Assembly: GCA_004431415.1 (NCBI GenBank)
Contig: QPMI01000183.1
Span: 1-64,000, forward strand
DNA length: 64,000 nucleotides
Direction: 5' to 3'
Origin: Cyanophora paradoxa CCMP329
Taxonomy: Eukaryota > Plantae > Glaucophyta
The notes under the pieces were generated by a model, which ran no database searches, was not told the origin of the DNA, and worked only from the letters and a program-made list of their open reading frames with translations. A program made the position numbers and the translations under genes. Positions 10,268-23,000 of the stretch are shown here, piece by piece. Every line of letters starts with the position of its first letter. Position 1 is the stretch's first letter.

Positions 10268-12294
10268 TCACAGCTTGGAGAGGCGCTGGCGGTAGGCGCG
10301 GAGGAAGCGGGCGCGGCGGGACATGGGGTGCGCCCCGGCCGCGGCCCCCCGGTACACCTCCGCCAGCTGCACCCCAGACGGGTCGGGGGCGCGCCGCAGG
10401 GCCGGCGGGCGGGTGCCTCACCTCCGCGCTGAGGGAGAGGCACATTGCGCGAAGCTCGGCCGCCTCCTCGCCCCTCAGGTGCCCCGCCTCCGCCAGCTCT
10501 GCCCGCCCCGCCGCGCCGCCCGCTCAGCGCGGCCCGACCTCGCGCCCAGCGGGCCCGCGCACCCTCCACCGCCTCGGCGGCCTCCATGAACGTCTCCTCG
10601 CCTGCGCGCCACCGGATCGGGCGAGAGCCGAGCGCGAGTTGGCCCCGGCGGCCCAGCGCCCCGCCGCACCCGCGCTGTCCACTGACACGTCGTCCACGTC
10701 GGGCAGCGCACCCGCCGCCTCCGCTCGCGCCCCCGCCTCCGCCGCAGCCTTGCCCTTGCCCTTGCGCTTCCCCTTCCCCTTCCCGCGCGCCGCCGCGCCC
10801 CCCTTGCCCTGCTTGCCCTGCGCCCCGCGTTGCAGCCCCCGGCCGCTCCGGCAGGCGAGGGGGAAAGGAGCACCGATGCGGGGGTACTGGATGAGCTCGC
10901 GGCGGCGGGCTCAGGCATCTGCTGTACCCCCTTCGCCTCCCGGCCCTTGCCCCGCCTCGCGGCGGCCGCCCCGGTGGTGGGGGCGGCCGGCGGGGCGGCC
11001 TTGCCGCGGCGCTTCGCGGCGGCGATGACGGCCGCCGCCAGTGCGCGGGCGGAGCCGGGGGCCTTGCCCTTGCCGGCGCGCGCCGAGTGCGGGGCGGGGC
11101 GGGGCGAGGGCGAGGGCGAGGCGAGGCGGGGGCGCTTGGCGGGCGGCGTGGCGCCCTCCGGGGCGGAGGGGGAGGGGGAGGGGAGGCCCGGGCTGCCGGA
11201 GCCGCGGGGGGTCCTCCTGTAGGAGCGGCCCTTGGCGCGCAGCTCGCTCTCCTCGTAGCGCCCCTTCTTCCCCTCTGCGCCGCCCGCTCGGCGGGGGCGG
11301 GGCGCGGGGGGCGCGCCCTCGGCCTCGCGCGGCGCACCCTCCTCGTCGCTGCCGGCGGTGGCGGGGGCGGCGGGGTCTCCGTCGGCGTCGGCCCCGCTCT
11401 CGCTAGGCGACGCCTTCTCGCCCGACTCATCCACCTCCGTTTTCGCCCGCTTCCGCTTCGCCCCGCCGCCGCCTCCGCCACCCCGCCCCATCCGCACCTC
11501 GCCCTTCGAGCCGACTAGCCGCCACACGCGCACACTTTCTGCGCCGGGCCCCCGCGTTAGGCCGGCGGTGCAGGGCCAGGGCGGCAGGGGCGGTGCACCG
11601 GGCGGCTCCTCGCCGGCCTCCTCCGCCGCGCTGATTGCGTCGACATACTCCTGCGCCGGCGGTCCGCCGCGGCGGCGAGGAGCGCGGGCGCGCGGGGCGC
11701 CTCGGGGACCTGGGCGAGGCGGATGCATGCGTTGAGGCGCGTCCTGTGGCTCTGCTTCACCTTCTCCTTCAGCATCTTCTCCTTCCGCTCCACGAAGTTG
11801 TACAGGTCCTGCGCCGCCCTCAGCGCGCCTCCCGCCGGAGCGGTGGCACGCGGGCGGCCCGCCTTTGCATGGAACCAGCCGCTCCTCGTGTCGCCGAAGT
11901 ACTTTCTGCGCAAGGCCCTCAAGGCCAAGCCAGCCGGCAGGGCGCGGGGCCGTACACAAGCAGCTGGCCCTCCTTCTTAAGAGAGCGGACGCTCTCAGAG
12001 GCAGTGTCTTCTGAAATGACGAGCGCCGGCCTGCAGGACACGCATGAGACGGGGCGGGCTCGCCGCGGGGCACGCGCACCAGAAGGGAAAGCCTGCGAGT
12101 GAACGCGATGTTACGAGCGTCGAAGACGGCGTTAGCTAAGCCTCAACAAGCGAGGGCGCGAGCTCACCAGTTGTTCTCGCCCATACGACGTCGCTGCGCG
12201 GGTGGGAGCGTTCAGAAGCGCTCGAAGCGTCGCGTGGAAGCAAGCGGAAACTGGCTACAGGGTGAGCGGACCCTGCCTTGAACTCCTTCGCCAT
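10268..12294 (-). CDS. PWWP-domain chromatin protein
   Basis: Spliced MAKEFKAG/DVVWARTT/GFPFW/PALVIS...KYFGDTRSGWFHAK, then low-complexity K/R/E-rich regions, ending ...AYRQRLSKL*. Confidence 0.8.
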
Positions 12295-12563
12295 GGGACC
12301 GCCCAGCGAACCGCTGAAGCGCCCGGCTTCGCCCAATGAAGCTCAAAAAGGTAATGATATCGATTTCTACGGTATTGCGAAACCGCGAGCCGCCGCCCAC
12401 CGCGCCTTGAATTTGATTCTCTCTGGGAGGGGTATCGCCAGCTTGCCCGAAAGGCTCGGCCGTGTAGTGCGGCCGCCGCTAGAGTAAACCGTCGCTGGGC
12501 CGCTAGGTAAACGGTACGAGCTTTTCGACAACGACGCGCCGCTTTAGTCAGACAACCGCGAAC

Positions 12564-15427
12564 ATGTCGAGCGTCAGCGGCAAGTCGGACGACGACGGCA
12601 AGTCCGGCAAGCCGGTCGTGAACGTGAAAGATGGTGCGCTCCCTTCTGCGTTGCGCTGCGGCGTATCGCTTGAGGCGCTGCGCTGCGGCACAATGGTCTG
12701 CGGGCAGCGCGCGCTTGACGTATCGCAGGTTTTATGCTGTGCAGTGCAATGGTGAGCCGGCTGAGCGGTGAGATTACGTGCGCCGTCTGCCTCGACTTCT
12801 TCTCGGATCCTCGCATCTGTGCGGCCCGTCCCCAGCCGCGCCCTCTCGAAGCCCCATACGTCAAAATCGATGCCTGGTCCGTCGCGCCGCAGTGGGATGC
12901 TCGCATACGTTCTGCCTGAACTGCTTGACTCCAATTCTCGACGGACGCCGTGTCAAGTGCCCGACGTGCCGTGTGGTGACTTTGCTCGCGGAGGGGCAGG
13001 AGCTGAAGCACCTCCGCAAGAACCTTCTCGCCCGCGTCATCCTCGAGGAAATCAAGGTCCTCGCCGCTGCCGCCCCGCCCCGCCCCGCCCGCGCCCCTCA
13101 CCGGCGGGCGACAGAGCGCGCAGCAGACGATGAGCGCGATGCCGCCTGCCCCGGCGGCGGGGCCCGAGGCGGGGGCGTGTAAGCAGGAGGAGGGGGAGGA
13201 TGCGAGGGCGGCGCCGCGGGGGATCACGGCGCTGGTGACGGAGGCGGCGGGGAGCGAGCTAAGCCCGACCTCCATCAAGTCCCGCGAGGCCCTCATCCTC
13301 CGCGCCTGCGGCGCCTTCATCCGGTACCCCCGCCCCGCCCGCCACCGGGTACGGCGCGCCGGGGCCCACCGCCGCGTGGCAGGAAGGGGATCGAGGCCCG
13401 CCGGCGCCGGTCTAGCTTCGGGTCCAGCGCGGCCGCCGCGGGAGCAGCGGAGGGGGCGGCCGCCGCGCCAGCGAGGGCGGCGCGGCGGCCCTCGAACACG
13501 CCGACGGAGGTGCGCTGGCGGGGGCGCCGGGGGGCCGCGCGGGGCGGCGGGCGTGAGGGCGGGGCGCGCTGCGCGTGCGCAGGAGGAGGAGGCGCCGGAG
13601 GTGCCGGCGCCCATGGATGAGGACGGCTCCGAGTTCGACGAGGAGGAGGAGGGGAGGGGAGGGGGAGGCGGCCGAGGCGAGCGGCAGGGGCGGTGGAGGC
13701 GGTGCGCGTCTCCCGCCCCGGGCCCCGCTCCCTGGACCCCCTGAGGCCCCTGCAGACCGCGAGGCGGCGGCGGTGCCGGCGCCGCGCGTGGCGGCGCCGC
13801 CGGTGGCGGTGACGAGGCCCGAGACGGGGGCGAGGGCGGGGGCGGGGCGGCGGGGGCTCGGGGGCGCGGGGCGGGGCGGGGCGGGGCGGCGGGGGCGGAG
13901 GTGGAGCGGGTGGCGGGGATGCTGTCGGGGTGCTTGGAGCTGGTGGACGGGCGCGAGCTCGAGGAGGTCGTCTCCCCGGGCGGGCCCGCCAGCCCCTACC
14001 TCCGCGACCTCTACGAGGCCGCCATCCGCCTCCGCCGCCCCAGCCCCGGCCCCGACGACTTCACGCCCCTCTCCGCAGCCCCTCCACGCACGCCGCCCCC
14101 TCCCCGCCCCCGCCCCCGAGGCCCCGGCCGGCGCCCCGCCGCCCGACCCCGCCGGCATCGCCCGCACCTCCAGGCACGCCGCCCGGCCCCGCCCGCCACG
14201 CCGGCCCGCCCCGCCCTGACCGGCCGCTCCCGCAGCGGGCGCTTCGAGCGGACGGGGAGCACGAGCCGCGCACTCGTCATCGCCGCCGGCGCCGGCGTCG
14301 CTGCTCCACCTGCCGTGCGCCCGCGCCCCGAGCCCCGCCCGCCTCGGAGCCGCCGCCCTCACCGCTCTGCGCGCGCAGGGCAGCGACTCTGTCTCGCCCC
14401 CGCCGCGGGCCGCCGCGCCCCCTCGGCGCCCCCGAGGAGGGCACATCGCCGGAGTTGCTCTCCCCGCCCCGCGCGCCGCGGCCGCTCGGCTCGCCCCTCT
14501 CCCCCGCCGCCGTCACCTTCTCCTCGCTCCCCAAGTAGGACACCCGCCGGCCCCGCCCCGCCCCGCCCCGCCCCGCCCCGCCGCCCCCCTCACCTCCCGC
14601 AGGATGGAGGAGGTGGGCCCCTTCGGGGGCCCCGGCGGCGCCGAGTTCAGCTGCGCGCACCCCGCGCTGCTGATGCCGCTCCCAGCCTCGCCGCCGCGGG
14701 GCGCGGGGGCGGGTGCGGGGCGCGCCTCGGGCTCCCTCTTCGAGCACCGCATCGTGCGGGTGCAGGTGTGGCTCGCAGGGGACGCCCTCCGCTGCATCCG
14801 CGCCCTCTACTCCGACGGCGAGACCAGGCCCGCCCCGGCCCCCGCCCCGCCCCCGCCCGCCACCGGCCGCCCCGCGCTGAGAGGGCGCGGCGGCAGCATG
14901 GCGGCGGGGAGGGTCGTGGAGGTGGGGGCGGCGCCCCCCGACCAGGAGGCCCTCCTCGAGGACGGCGAGCGCCTCGTCCGGTGCGCCCCCGCCTCCTCGC
15001 CCCCAGCCTTCCGCCCCGCCCGCCCCGCCCCGCCCGCCCCGCCCCGCCCCGCCCCGCCCCGCCCCGCCCCGCTCTGAGAGGGAGCCGGGGGGCAGGGTGC
15101 GGGTGCACTACGGGATGGTCTTCTCGCTGCGGCCCTCGCGCGGCGTCGGCGCCTCCACCGCCGTCAAGGGCCTCAAGCTCTACACCTCCTGGGGCCGGTC
15201 CGCCGCCCCGCCCCCGCCCGCCCCCCCGCGGCCCCCGGCGCCCTCCTCAGGGGCGGGCGGGGCAGGGAGATCCGGCTGATGAAGAACGGGATGTTCGACT
15301 CGAAGGCGTACATCGGGGTGGGGGAGGGGCAGGAGCTCGCCGGCTTCTTCGGGCGCTGCGCGGAGCGCCACGTCGAGGCCCTCGGCTTCTTCCTCGTCGA
15401 GCGCCCGGGGCCCCCTCCTTCCCCTAG
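12564..15427 (+). CDS. RING-HC protein (TRIM-like N-terminus) fused to a C-terminal jacalin-like lectin domain
   Basis: EITCAVCLDFFSDPRI..CSHTFCLNCL...VKCPTCR. C-terminus GPFGGPGGAEF...VKGLKLYTSWGR...QELAGFFGRCAERHVEALGFF. An in-frame GT-AG intron at about 14535-14602 joins the two parts. Confidence 0.7.
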
Positions 15428-16439
15428 CGCCCCGCCCCGCCCCCCCGCCCCCGAGCGCCACGCTCCCCCCCCCCCCCCCCCCCCCCCCTCCCCCTTCGCC
15501 CTCTTTCGAATGCGATTCATCGCGTGCACACTGTGGGTGACTGTGCACATGCACTCCTTAAAGAAAAGCTTGAGCATCGGATTTTCTCAGAGCCGCAGCC
15601 GTAGTGCCACGGTACCGGTGCGTTCGATTTGCTGATTTCCGAGTTCAGGTTTCAAGAACTCTAAATTGCCGATGATTGCCCCACTGGTCGCGCGTACCGT
15701 AGTACTACGGTACCGCATCATGACGCCCCGGCCTCTGGCAGGCGGGGCCTTCGTCGCGCAAGTGGCCTTCAGGCTTCTCAGAGTCGAGATCTGAGCCATG
15801 GAAATGTGGGCGAGCTCGCGAAAGAGCTAGAGGGCGATCGCGAGCCGCTGAGCTTGAGCTCAGCGGCTTGAGCACCGGTACCGCAAGCGCGACGGCACTT
15901 GCGTTGCAATTGCGTGAATTCTTCCAACGATTGTTGCAATTTGGAGATATCGATTCTTTTCATGATTGCCTGTTGCTTTGAAAAGAGCCGAACAAACTCT
16001 AACCGTAGCTATATCCTGGAAGTAATGTAACATCTAAGGGTAACTGTGACATGACATCCCATTTGGTGTAACGTAGTACTGGGCACCGTGGCACTAAAGA
16101 TCAGTACTATGCATATATATGACCGGCGGAACGGTAAAATTGACGGGGCCCGAGCGGCGAGCTCGCGTCGAGTCCTCCAGCTTTCGAGTGTGGTTCTACG
16201 GGACTGTACAGCGTTGACTTAAGCTTGCACCATGGGCCGCACTGACTGCGGCCGCACTGAGGCTAATCTAGTATACGTAACGGCAAAGCTCTAGATCTAT
16301 TGGGAACAAGCTCAGTATACAAAAAACCTTCAAATGAAATGTAAAGCAACGGATCCGGAAAGGGATGCACGATTGCGTCGCGCGTTCGAAGGATCCGATA
16401 ATTTGGCACAGATGCATAGAATGGTGCCAAACTATCGGA

Positions 16440-17810
16440 TCACGAAAAGCGGAGGGGGGGGGGCGCTGCGCCCCTCCCCCCCGGGTGTCGATCCGGCGTC
16501 TCGGAGGCCGGGCAGCCTGGCAGGGCGGAGCGGGAGCGGGGCCGGAGGTGGCCGCCGATGGCGAGGAGGGCCGGGGCGGACGCCTCAGCGTCCACAGAGG
16601 AGCGGCGGCTCGAGCCGAGGCCGCCGAGCGAGGGCGGCTGCGACAGCGAGAGCCTCCGTCGCGCCCCCCCGCCCCCCCCGCTCGGCGCCTGAGTCACTGA
16701 GTCAGGAGGAGCTCGGCGGCGGCCCAGGCGGTTGAGCGCGTGGGGCGGCGCTGCGGGGCGTGCAGGGCGGGAGGGAGATGGGAGCTGGAGGAGGGGCGGC
16801 GGCCGCGGGCGGCGGCCGGCTCGAGGACGTACTCGGAGACGCGCTCCTCGAGGTCGACGCGCAGCCGCGGCCCCGCGGCCCCCGTCGGCCCCGCCGCCCC
16901 CTGCGCCCCCCGGAAGATCCACGGCAGCGCCGAGCGGGAGCGCGGCCGCCCCGCCCGCGTCCGCTGCGACGGCGACGGCGGAGGCGGCGGTCGGGCGGCC
17001 GGCGCCGGCGACGGGCTCGCCGGCACGGCCGGCTTGCCCCTGCTTCCCTCGAGGTCGACGCGCAGCTGCGGCTCGGAGGCCGAGAGCGACGGGCGGCGCA
17101 GGTTGAGGGCGCGCGGGGCGGGCAGCGCCGAGCGAGAGCGCGGGCGGCCGGCGGCGGGCGGCGGCAGCGGGGCCGACGGAGTTGGTGCCGGGCTCGCCTC
17201 GTCCGCGTCCCCGTTGAGGTCGACGCGCAGCTGCGGCTCCGAGACCGAGAGCGACGGGCGGCGGAACTTGATGGCCTGCAGGCGCGGCCGGCTGGGGAGG
17301 CGCGCCCCGCGCTCCACCTCCACCAGGAAATTCTTCAGAGAGCGGGACTTGATCCGGCTCGCGTTCCGGAGAGCAGCCGGGACGGCGCTCAGCGTTGCTG
17401 CAGGGGCCCCGGCCCCGCCCTCGGCCGCCGCTGGAGCAGGTGTTCGTGGCAAAGGCGCCGGGGGCCGCGGCGAGGGCGTGGGCGGCTCGGTGCGCGGCGT
17501 GGGCGACTTCCAGTCGGTTCTGGCGTGCGTGGAGAGCGACGGCGACGGCCCCTCGTCTCCGTCGAGGTCGACGCGCAGCTGCGGCTCCGAGACCGAGAGA
17601 GACGGGCGGCGCAGGTTGAGGGCGCGGAGGCCGGGGAGGGCGGAGCGGGAGCGGGGTCGGGCCGGCGCGGCGCCGGCGCGAACGCGCTCGAGGTCGAGGT
17701 GGTGGCTGGGGAGCCTCGCCGCGGGACCCAACTCCACCACGAAGCTCGCCAGCGAGCGCGACCGCGGCCGCCTCGCAGCCACCGCCGCCTTCAGGTCTGC
17801 CGCCCGCTTG
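16440..17810 (-). other. Coding-like segment with 3-5 copies of a ~35-aa repeat (RPRSRSALPAPRALNLRRPSLSVSEPQLRVDL); gene fragment or unresolved CDS
   Basis: Dispersed nucleotide repeat GAGGTCGACGCGCAGC(T/C)GCGGC at about 16850, 17050, 17216 and 17564. No clear start of its own. Confidence 0.5.
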
Positions 17811-18720
17811 CGAATAGAGGAGCGTCGCTGTGCAGGTGACACTGTACTCATTGGGGTTGGGCAGGCCCGAAATGACGAAGGGCGTCACGGCCGTCGTGGC
17901 CCCGGGTTCGACGGCGCGGACAGAGTTGACCGTCGTGCTGCCCGCCGTGCAGCTCATCGTGAGGCTCGGGTACGTCGGGGACGGGGTGAACGCCCCCGTT
18001 TGCGCGGACTTTGTCCACGTCAGCACGGTCGTTGTGATTGAGTCGGATGCGCCCGCTGTGGCTGATATGTTAAAAGACCCCATGGCCGTAATCATATTTG
18101 CTGAAGGCAGCAGCGCAGACAGGTGTCAGGGGGTACAAGCTGAGGGACCGCGAAGGCTTTGGAACGATCAGACGCGCGCACCGAATTTCGATGCGGCCGT
18201 CTTTTTGGCGCCAGTGTAGGTGGACGCTGTCCCGAAGGTGGCCGTTGCCGCGTATCCCGAAGACGTGCACGTGATGGTGTAGGTGGCGGACGTCTCCCAG
18301 AGGGTGGTGATCGTGCGGACGAAGGATATAACGAGATTGTTCTTCGGGTCGGAGTTGTACAGTAAAGCACCCGCCACCTTTCGGTTGCCATGGGAAATCG
18401 TCGCCCTGTTGCCGACCTGGGGCCCGTAGCACGTGACTGACCACGTGCACATGTACATGTAGCAGATCTAGAGCTGCACATGTACATGCCACCCCGCGGG
18501 GTTAACGTTTGGGCGCGATTGCGACGCCGGTCGCGAGCTCGAGTGGGCGAGGCTAGAACAAGGCGCACCGGCCCGAGGTTGGACGAGTAGGTTGTGGTGA
18601 CGGAGGTCGTGTTCACCACCGAAGTGAGGGACCAGGCGTTGCCACCGAGGCAGGCCGCGCTACACACGTCGACCCACGTAGAAAGCAAAGTGAGGCACGC
18701 AAGAAGAACTTCGGAAGAAT
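17810..18720 (-). pseudogene. Decaying gene for a secreted Thr/Ser/Cys-rich surface protein
   Basis: Signal-peptide-like VLLACLTLLSTWVDVCSA and Thr-rich beta-like exons. The frame is disturbed by palindromic insertions at 18445-18490. Confidence 0.5.
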
Positions 18721-20094
18721 GAAACCGCCTAGCGTGATTCCCCGCGCTGGCAGGGGCCTCGGTCCTCGCGCTCGAGCACGGTACCGGTGTACACGCGGGT
18801 GAAACTTAAGCCGGCTGCAGAGATCGAGCTCGCGATCGGGTCCATGGCCACGGTCGAGGCCTAGGCCTAGGCTGGGAAGCTTAAGATACGCGTGCTCCCC
18901 CGTCGACTGCGGATAGCAACTGACAGCGCAGTGCAGCACGAGCGCGTCCTCGCGGTCCCCGGCTCGCGATCGTTCGGCTCCTCACGGTTGCGATCGGGGT
19001 GTCGGCACCGTGCTTTGGGGAGGACGACGCCCGAGCAGCACGCGCCCTCCTGGTTGGTAGCACGAGCGCCGGATCCGAAAATCGCGCCATTGTGATCCCT
19101 GCAGCTGCGCCGCCACTAAGGAACTTCGAATTCCGCAGATGCACCATCGCGCACGGGCGGAAGACAGAGGCGTACATCATAATCGCGCTGGCCGTGAGGC
19201 GGGCAGCGCAGGTGGCCATGGCGCTCGGAGCGGACAAACCGCCGCGTTCGGATCCAGGTCCTCCGGATCTGCGCAGGCCTAGGGCCGCCGACGCCAGTTT
19301 TAATGTTGCCCGTTCTACTCGCATGGACTTCCAATTGATCCTCCGCCGCCTCCAGATCCGGATACGTATACGCTGCGCATGCAGAGGGTACCGGTCCCGC
19401 CCGCGCCTGACGGCGACTCTGCCAGGGCGCCGGCATTTCAGCATCTTCAATTTGCAATTGTGTGGCAGATCAGACGCGACTCCGGCGAACGATCAGACGC
19501 GAATCCGGCGAGCGCGCTATATATTTTTATATATATATAATTGCATCTAAATAGTAGAGGGCATGAGATGTAGGCTATAGCTATATATAGCTAGCCGGGC
19601 GATATCAGCCGCGCATGTGGCGTGGTGGCCCCCAGTGGACGAAAGCAGCCGTTTGAGAGGCGCGCGCGCGCAGGGAATGCACCGGCGGGTCTCAGAGTCT
19701 ATAGAGAGGCGGCGAGGATTATCGCAAGAGCGTCCTGCCACGATCATCTGCAGCGGATTCAGCACAACGGATCATGATCATGAAGGGCACACTCAGTGTG
19801 ACTAGTACTTCTAGTTGCGCTCGGTCTGATTATATATGGGCTGAAAAGTAAATAGCTGCTGATCGTGAGCATGCAGGGTTAGGGAGCACGGTCACATGCG
19901 GTCTGCCAGGCTGGGCTCTATGGAGTAATTAGCTGGATCATGGAGGCCTAGGGACATGTAACAGCGCTAGCCTGGCAGCGCCGGCCTTGAACTCTTACAG
20001 ATAAGCCGACATCCCGCAGCCAGCCCATGATCCTATAGCTATAGCTAGTGTTGCGTGCGGTGTGAGGACCCGGGATGATTCGGGGAATCACTAG

Positions 20095-23000
20095 CCTCTC
20101 GCCCTCCGCCGCCTCCGCATCCCTGAGAAGTACATTCAGCTGTACGAACAGCTCACGACGCGGCGCAAGGCATCGGTCCTCACCGGGTACGGCCCCACCG
20201 AACCGTTCGATGTCGAGTGCGGGCTCCCCCAGGGGGGTACGGAATCGCCTATCCACTGGCTCATCTTTTACGATGTCTTCCTTACGGCCCTGCGCAAAGT
20301 CAGCGCGGCGGAGGGTACAGCATACCGCATGGGGCCCGGGATCGCACCTCGCCCGGCCCCCCCGCCAGCTCACCGCCTCCGGGCTCACCTCCCCGACGTT
20401 GACTCGCCATGGCAGGCCTACGCGGACGACACCGTGCTCATCAGCTCGTCCGCGCGGGGGGTACAACTGCATGCGGACCTGGTATCGGAATTCTTCTGGA
20501 TCCACGATATCGCCCTGAACGCGAAGAAGACTGAGTTCACTTATAACAACGTATCTCCCAAGCCCAAACCGCCCCTCCTTGGCCCGCCCGGGGCCAAGGA
20601 GCGTGCGCACCACGTCCTGCCCCCGACGAAGCCCTTCAAGTTCCTGGGGGTCTGGTTTACCGCGGACCTAAATTGGAGGCATCAGTTCGCAGCGGTCTAC
20701 ACGATGGCGCGGACCGCCTGCGCGATCCTAAAGAAAAAGAAGCTCACCGCAAAGGAAGCAGTGTACATCGTGAACAGCGTACTCATCCCGCGCATCACGT
20801 ACGCCTGCAAGGTTGTCGCGTACACCGAGCGCCAGTGCGCCCAGATAGATACCCTGTGGATGACGCTAGTCAAGCATCAGGCGCGCCTCCGCCGCTCGGC
20901 GCCCAACGCCCTAATGTGGAGCCGCGGATTCTATGGGCTGAAGCGCCTGGCAGACGAGCAGCTCGCCATACACGTTCTAGACGAAACAATCCGCGCGAAC
21001 CACCCGACGCTTCGCCCGTATCTCCTCCACCGCGTGTTCGCGGCGCAGGAAAAGCTATGCCTTCCTCTCCCCCATTACTGCTATCCGAACCTAGATCCAG
21101 GCCCGGCCCTCCGGCGCGATCATCTAGCCCTCGCGATAGCCCGAAATATGAATGCGGAGGGCTACATCCTCGACTCGGGAAGGTCGCACCTGACTCCGGC
21201 CCTCCCGCATCCTCGACTCGAACGAAGATTCGTCCTCACTACGCTTCTACCGCCAGCCCTCCTCCGCAGCGCCGCGCCGTTCCTGTGGGAACACGATCTG
21301 CTGACGGCGGCGGACATCACGGGCCCGGACGGGCGCACCGTTCTGGACTGGGCGAGCCTCTGGGGCAGCGGCCGCGTCCGCCAGCGTCTCAGCCGGGCGC
21401 CGTCGTGGTTCCCAGACTTCCTCCGCGCAATCTGCGAGCCCGTCCCGCCGAGGAAGCTCCCACGCTCCCTGCGCTTCCCCATGCACGTGCTCAAGCAGGG
21501 GGCGCGGCGCCAGCAGACGCTTTTCGAAGCGAACCTGATGAGCCCGCCGTACGTGGAGGGACAGTTCGCCTGGCACCCGCAGGGCTACCTGACGCGCATC
21601 GTTAGCAAATGGGAGGAGCGCGATGAAGACGATGGGCGCCTCCACGTGTACGTCCGCCTGGAACATTGGATCTGGCGCGACCGCACGATCCGCGACGGCG
21701 ACGGGGAGGGCGCCGCCCGATTCTACAAGTGCACGATGCTCAAAGATGAGTGCGATGCGCGGTACACGACGGACGATGCGACAGCCAAGGCGGCGCGCCA
21801 GCGCTGCGACCACTCTGAGCCGGAGTCAGGCGCCTGCCAGTGGACCGAGGACTCTATCCACATTCACCCGGCCCGCCTCCTCGAGCTAATCACCCCGGCG
21901 ACCCGCACGCGGAAGCACGAACCGTACGCGGTTGTGAAGCTAGAGAGTCAGGAGTGGTGGACCGAGTTCCGCACGACGCTCTTCCTTCCTCCGTGGGAAC
22001 GCGATTGGGATTACGAAGCGGATCCCTCCGCGCAGCCCCAGCCGCCGCCTGGCTACCAGCATTGGTCCAGCAACGCCGCCCGGGTACAGTGCCACCGCGC
22101 ACCGTACCGCCTGTATACCCGGATCGCCAGCCTCTCGAGCACTTTCTTATCGACCCGGAGCCCCTAGCCGACCCGTTCTGGAACCTCGTAGCCCAGGAGC
22201 TTCGCCGCGAGGAGCTCCCCGCTGCCCGGCCCCCGAGAGTGGCGGCGACCGATGCCAGCACAACGGGGTTCGGATCCGAGGCGGCGCTCACGGCCTACGC
22301 GGGTGTCTGGACCCGGGACCACGAGCAGAACGCGGCGCACTCCCCAGCGGACCGGCAGCGGGAAGCCCAGCGCCGCAGCGAAGGTATGCAGCTGAAAAAC
22401 CAGCTGCTGCGTGAAGCCGATGCATGCGCAGACGATGACGCTTCACAGGCGGCGGCCCTGCGGGAGCTCGCCGAAGCCATCCCTACGGACGGCAGCGACT
22501 TCTTTGTCGCCCCGTGCCCGGGCACTGTCAACAACAACAAAGGCGAGCTCCTCGCCGTCCTCACAGCCTTCTTAAAGTCGCCCGAGGGCTGCACAGTTAA
22601 GACAGACAGCTCGACGGCGATGTCACTCATCTGCCGCTCCGTCCTGCACCGCGCTGACTCGACGGTCCGCAGCGGCCTTCGCACCAACTTCTCGCACCAT
22701 CTGCGAGCGGCCGAAGAAGTCCATCAGCACCGCAGAGCCCTCGCCGCCGCCGCCGGAAGGCCACCCGCCGAGGTCCGCATACAGAAGGTGAAGGCGCATC
22801 AGAAAGAGTACACTGACCGGCCTGCGCATGTCGCCCCGGCAGAGCGCGAAACTGACAGCGATGCGGACGACTCCGGATCGTACGTGTCCTACCTCTCCGC
22901 TCCGGACGACCTCCCCCCCGAGCCCTCTGACGCCGAGCTTATCGCCAAATTCGGCGAGGGACAAGGGGTGTACGCCGGGCGCCCGAACCCGCTCTCGGGC

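Noticed and set aside
22080-22167. Programmed ribosomal frameshift between the RT and RNase H ORFs
   Set aside because: No slippery heptamer is seen. The copy is 5'-truncated, so a disabling indel is the simpler explanation.
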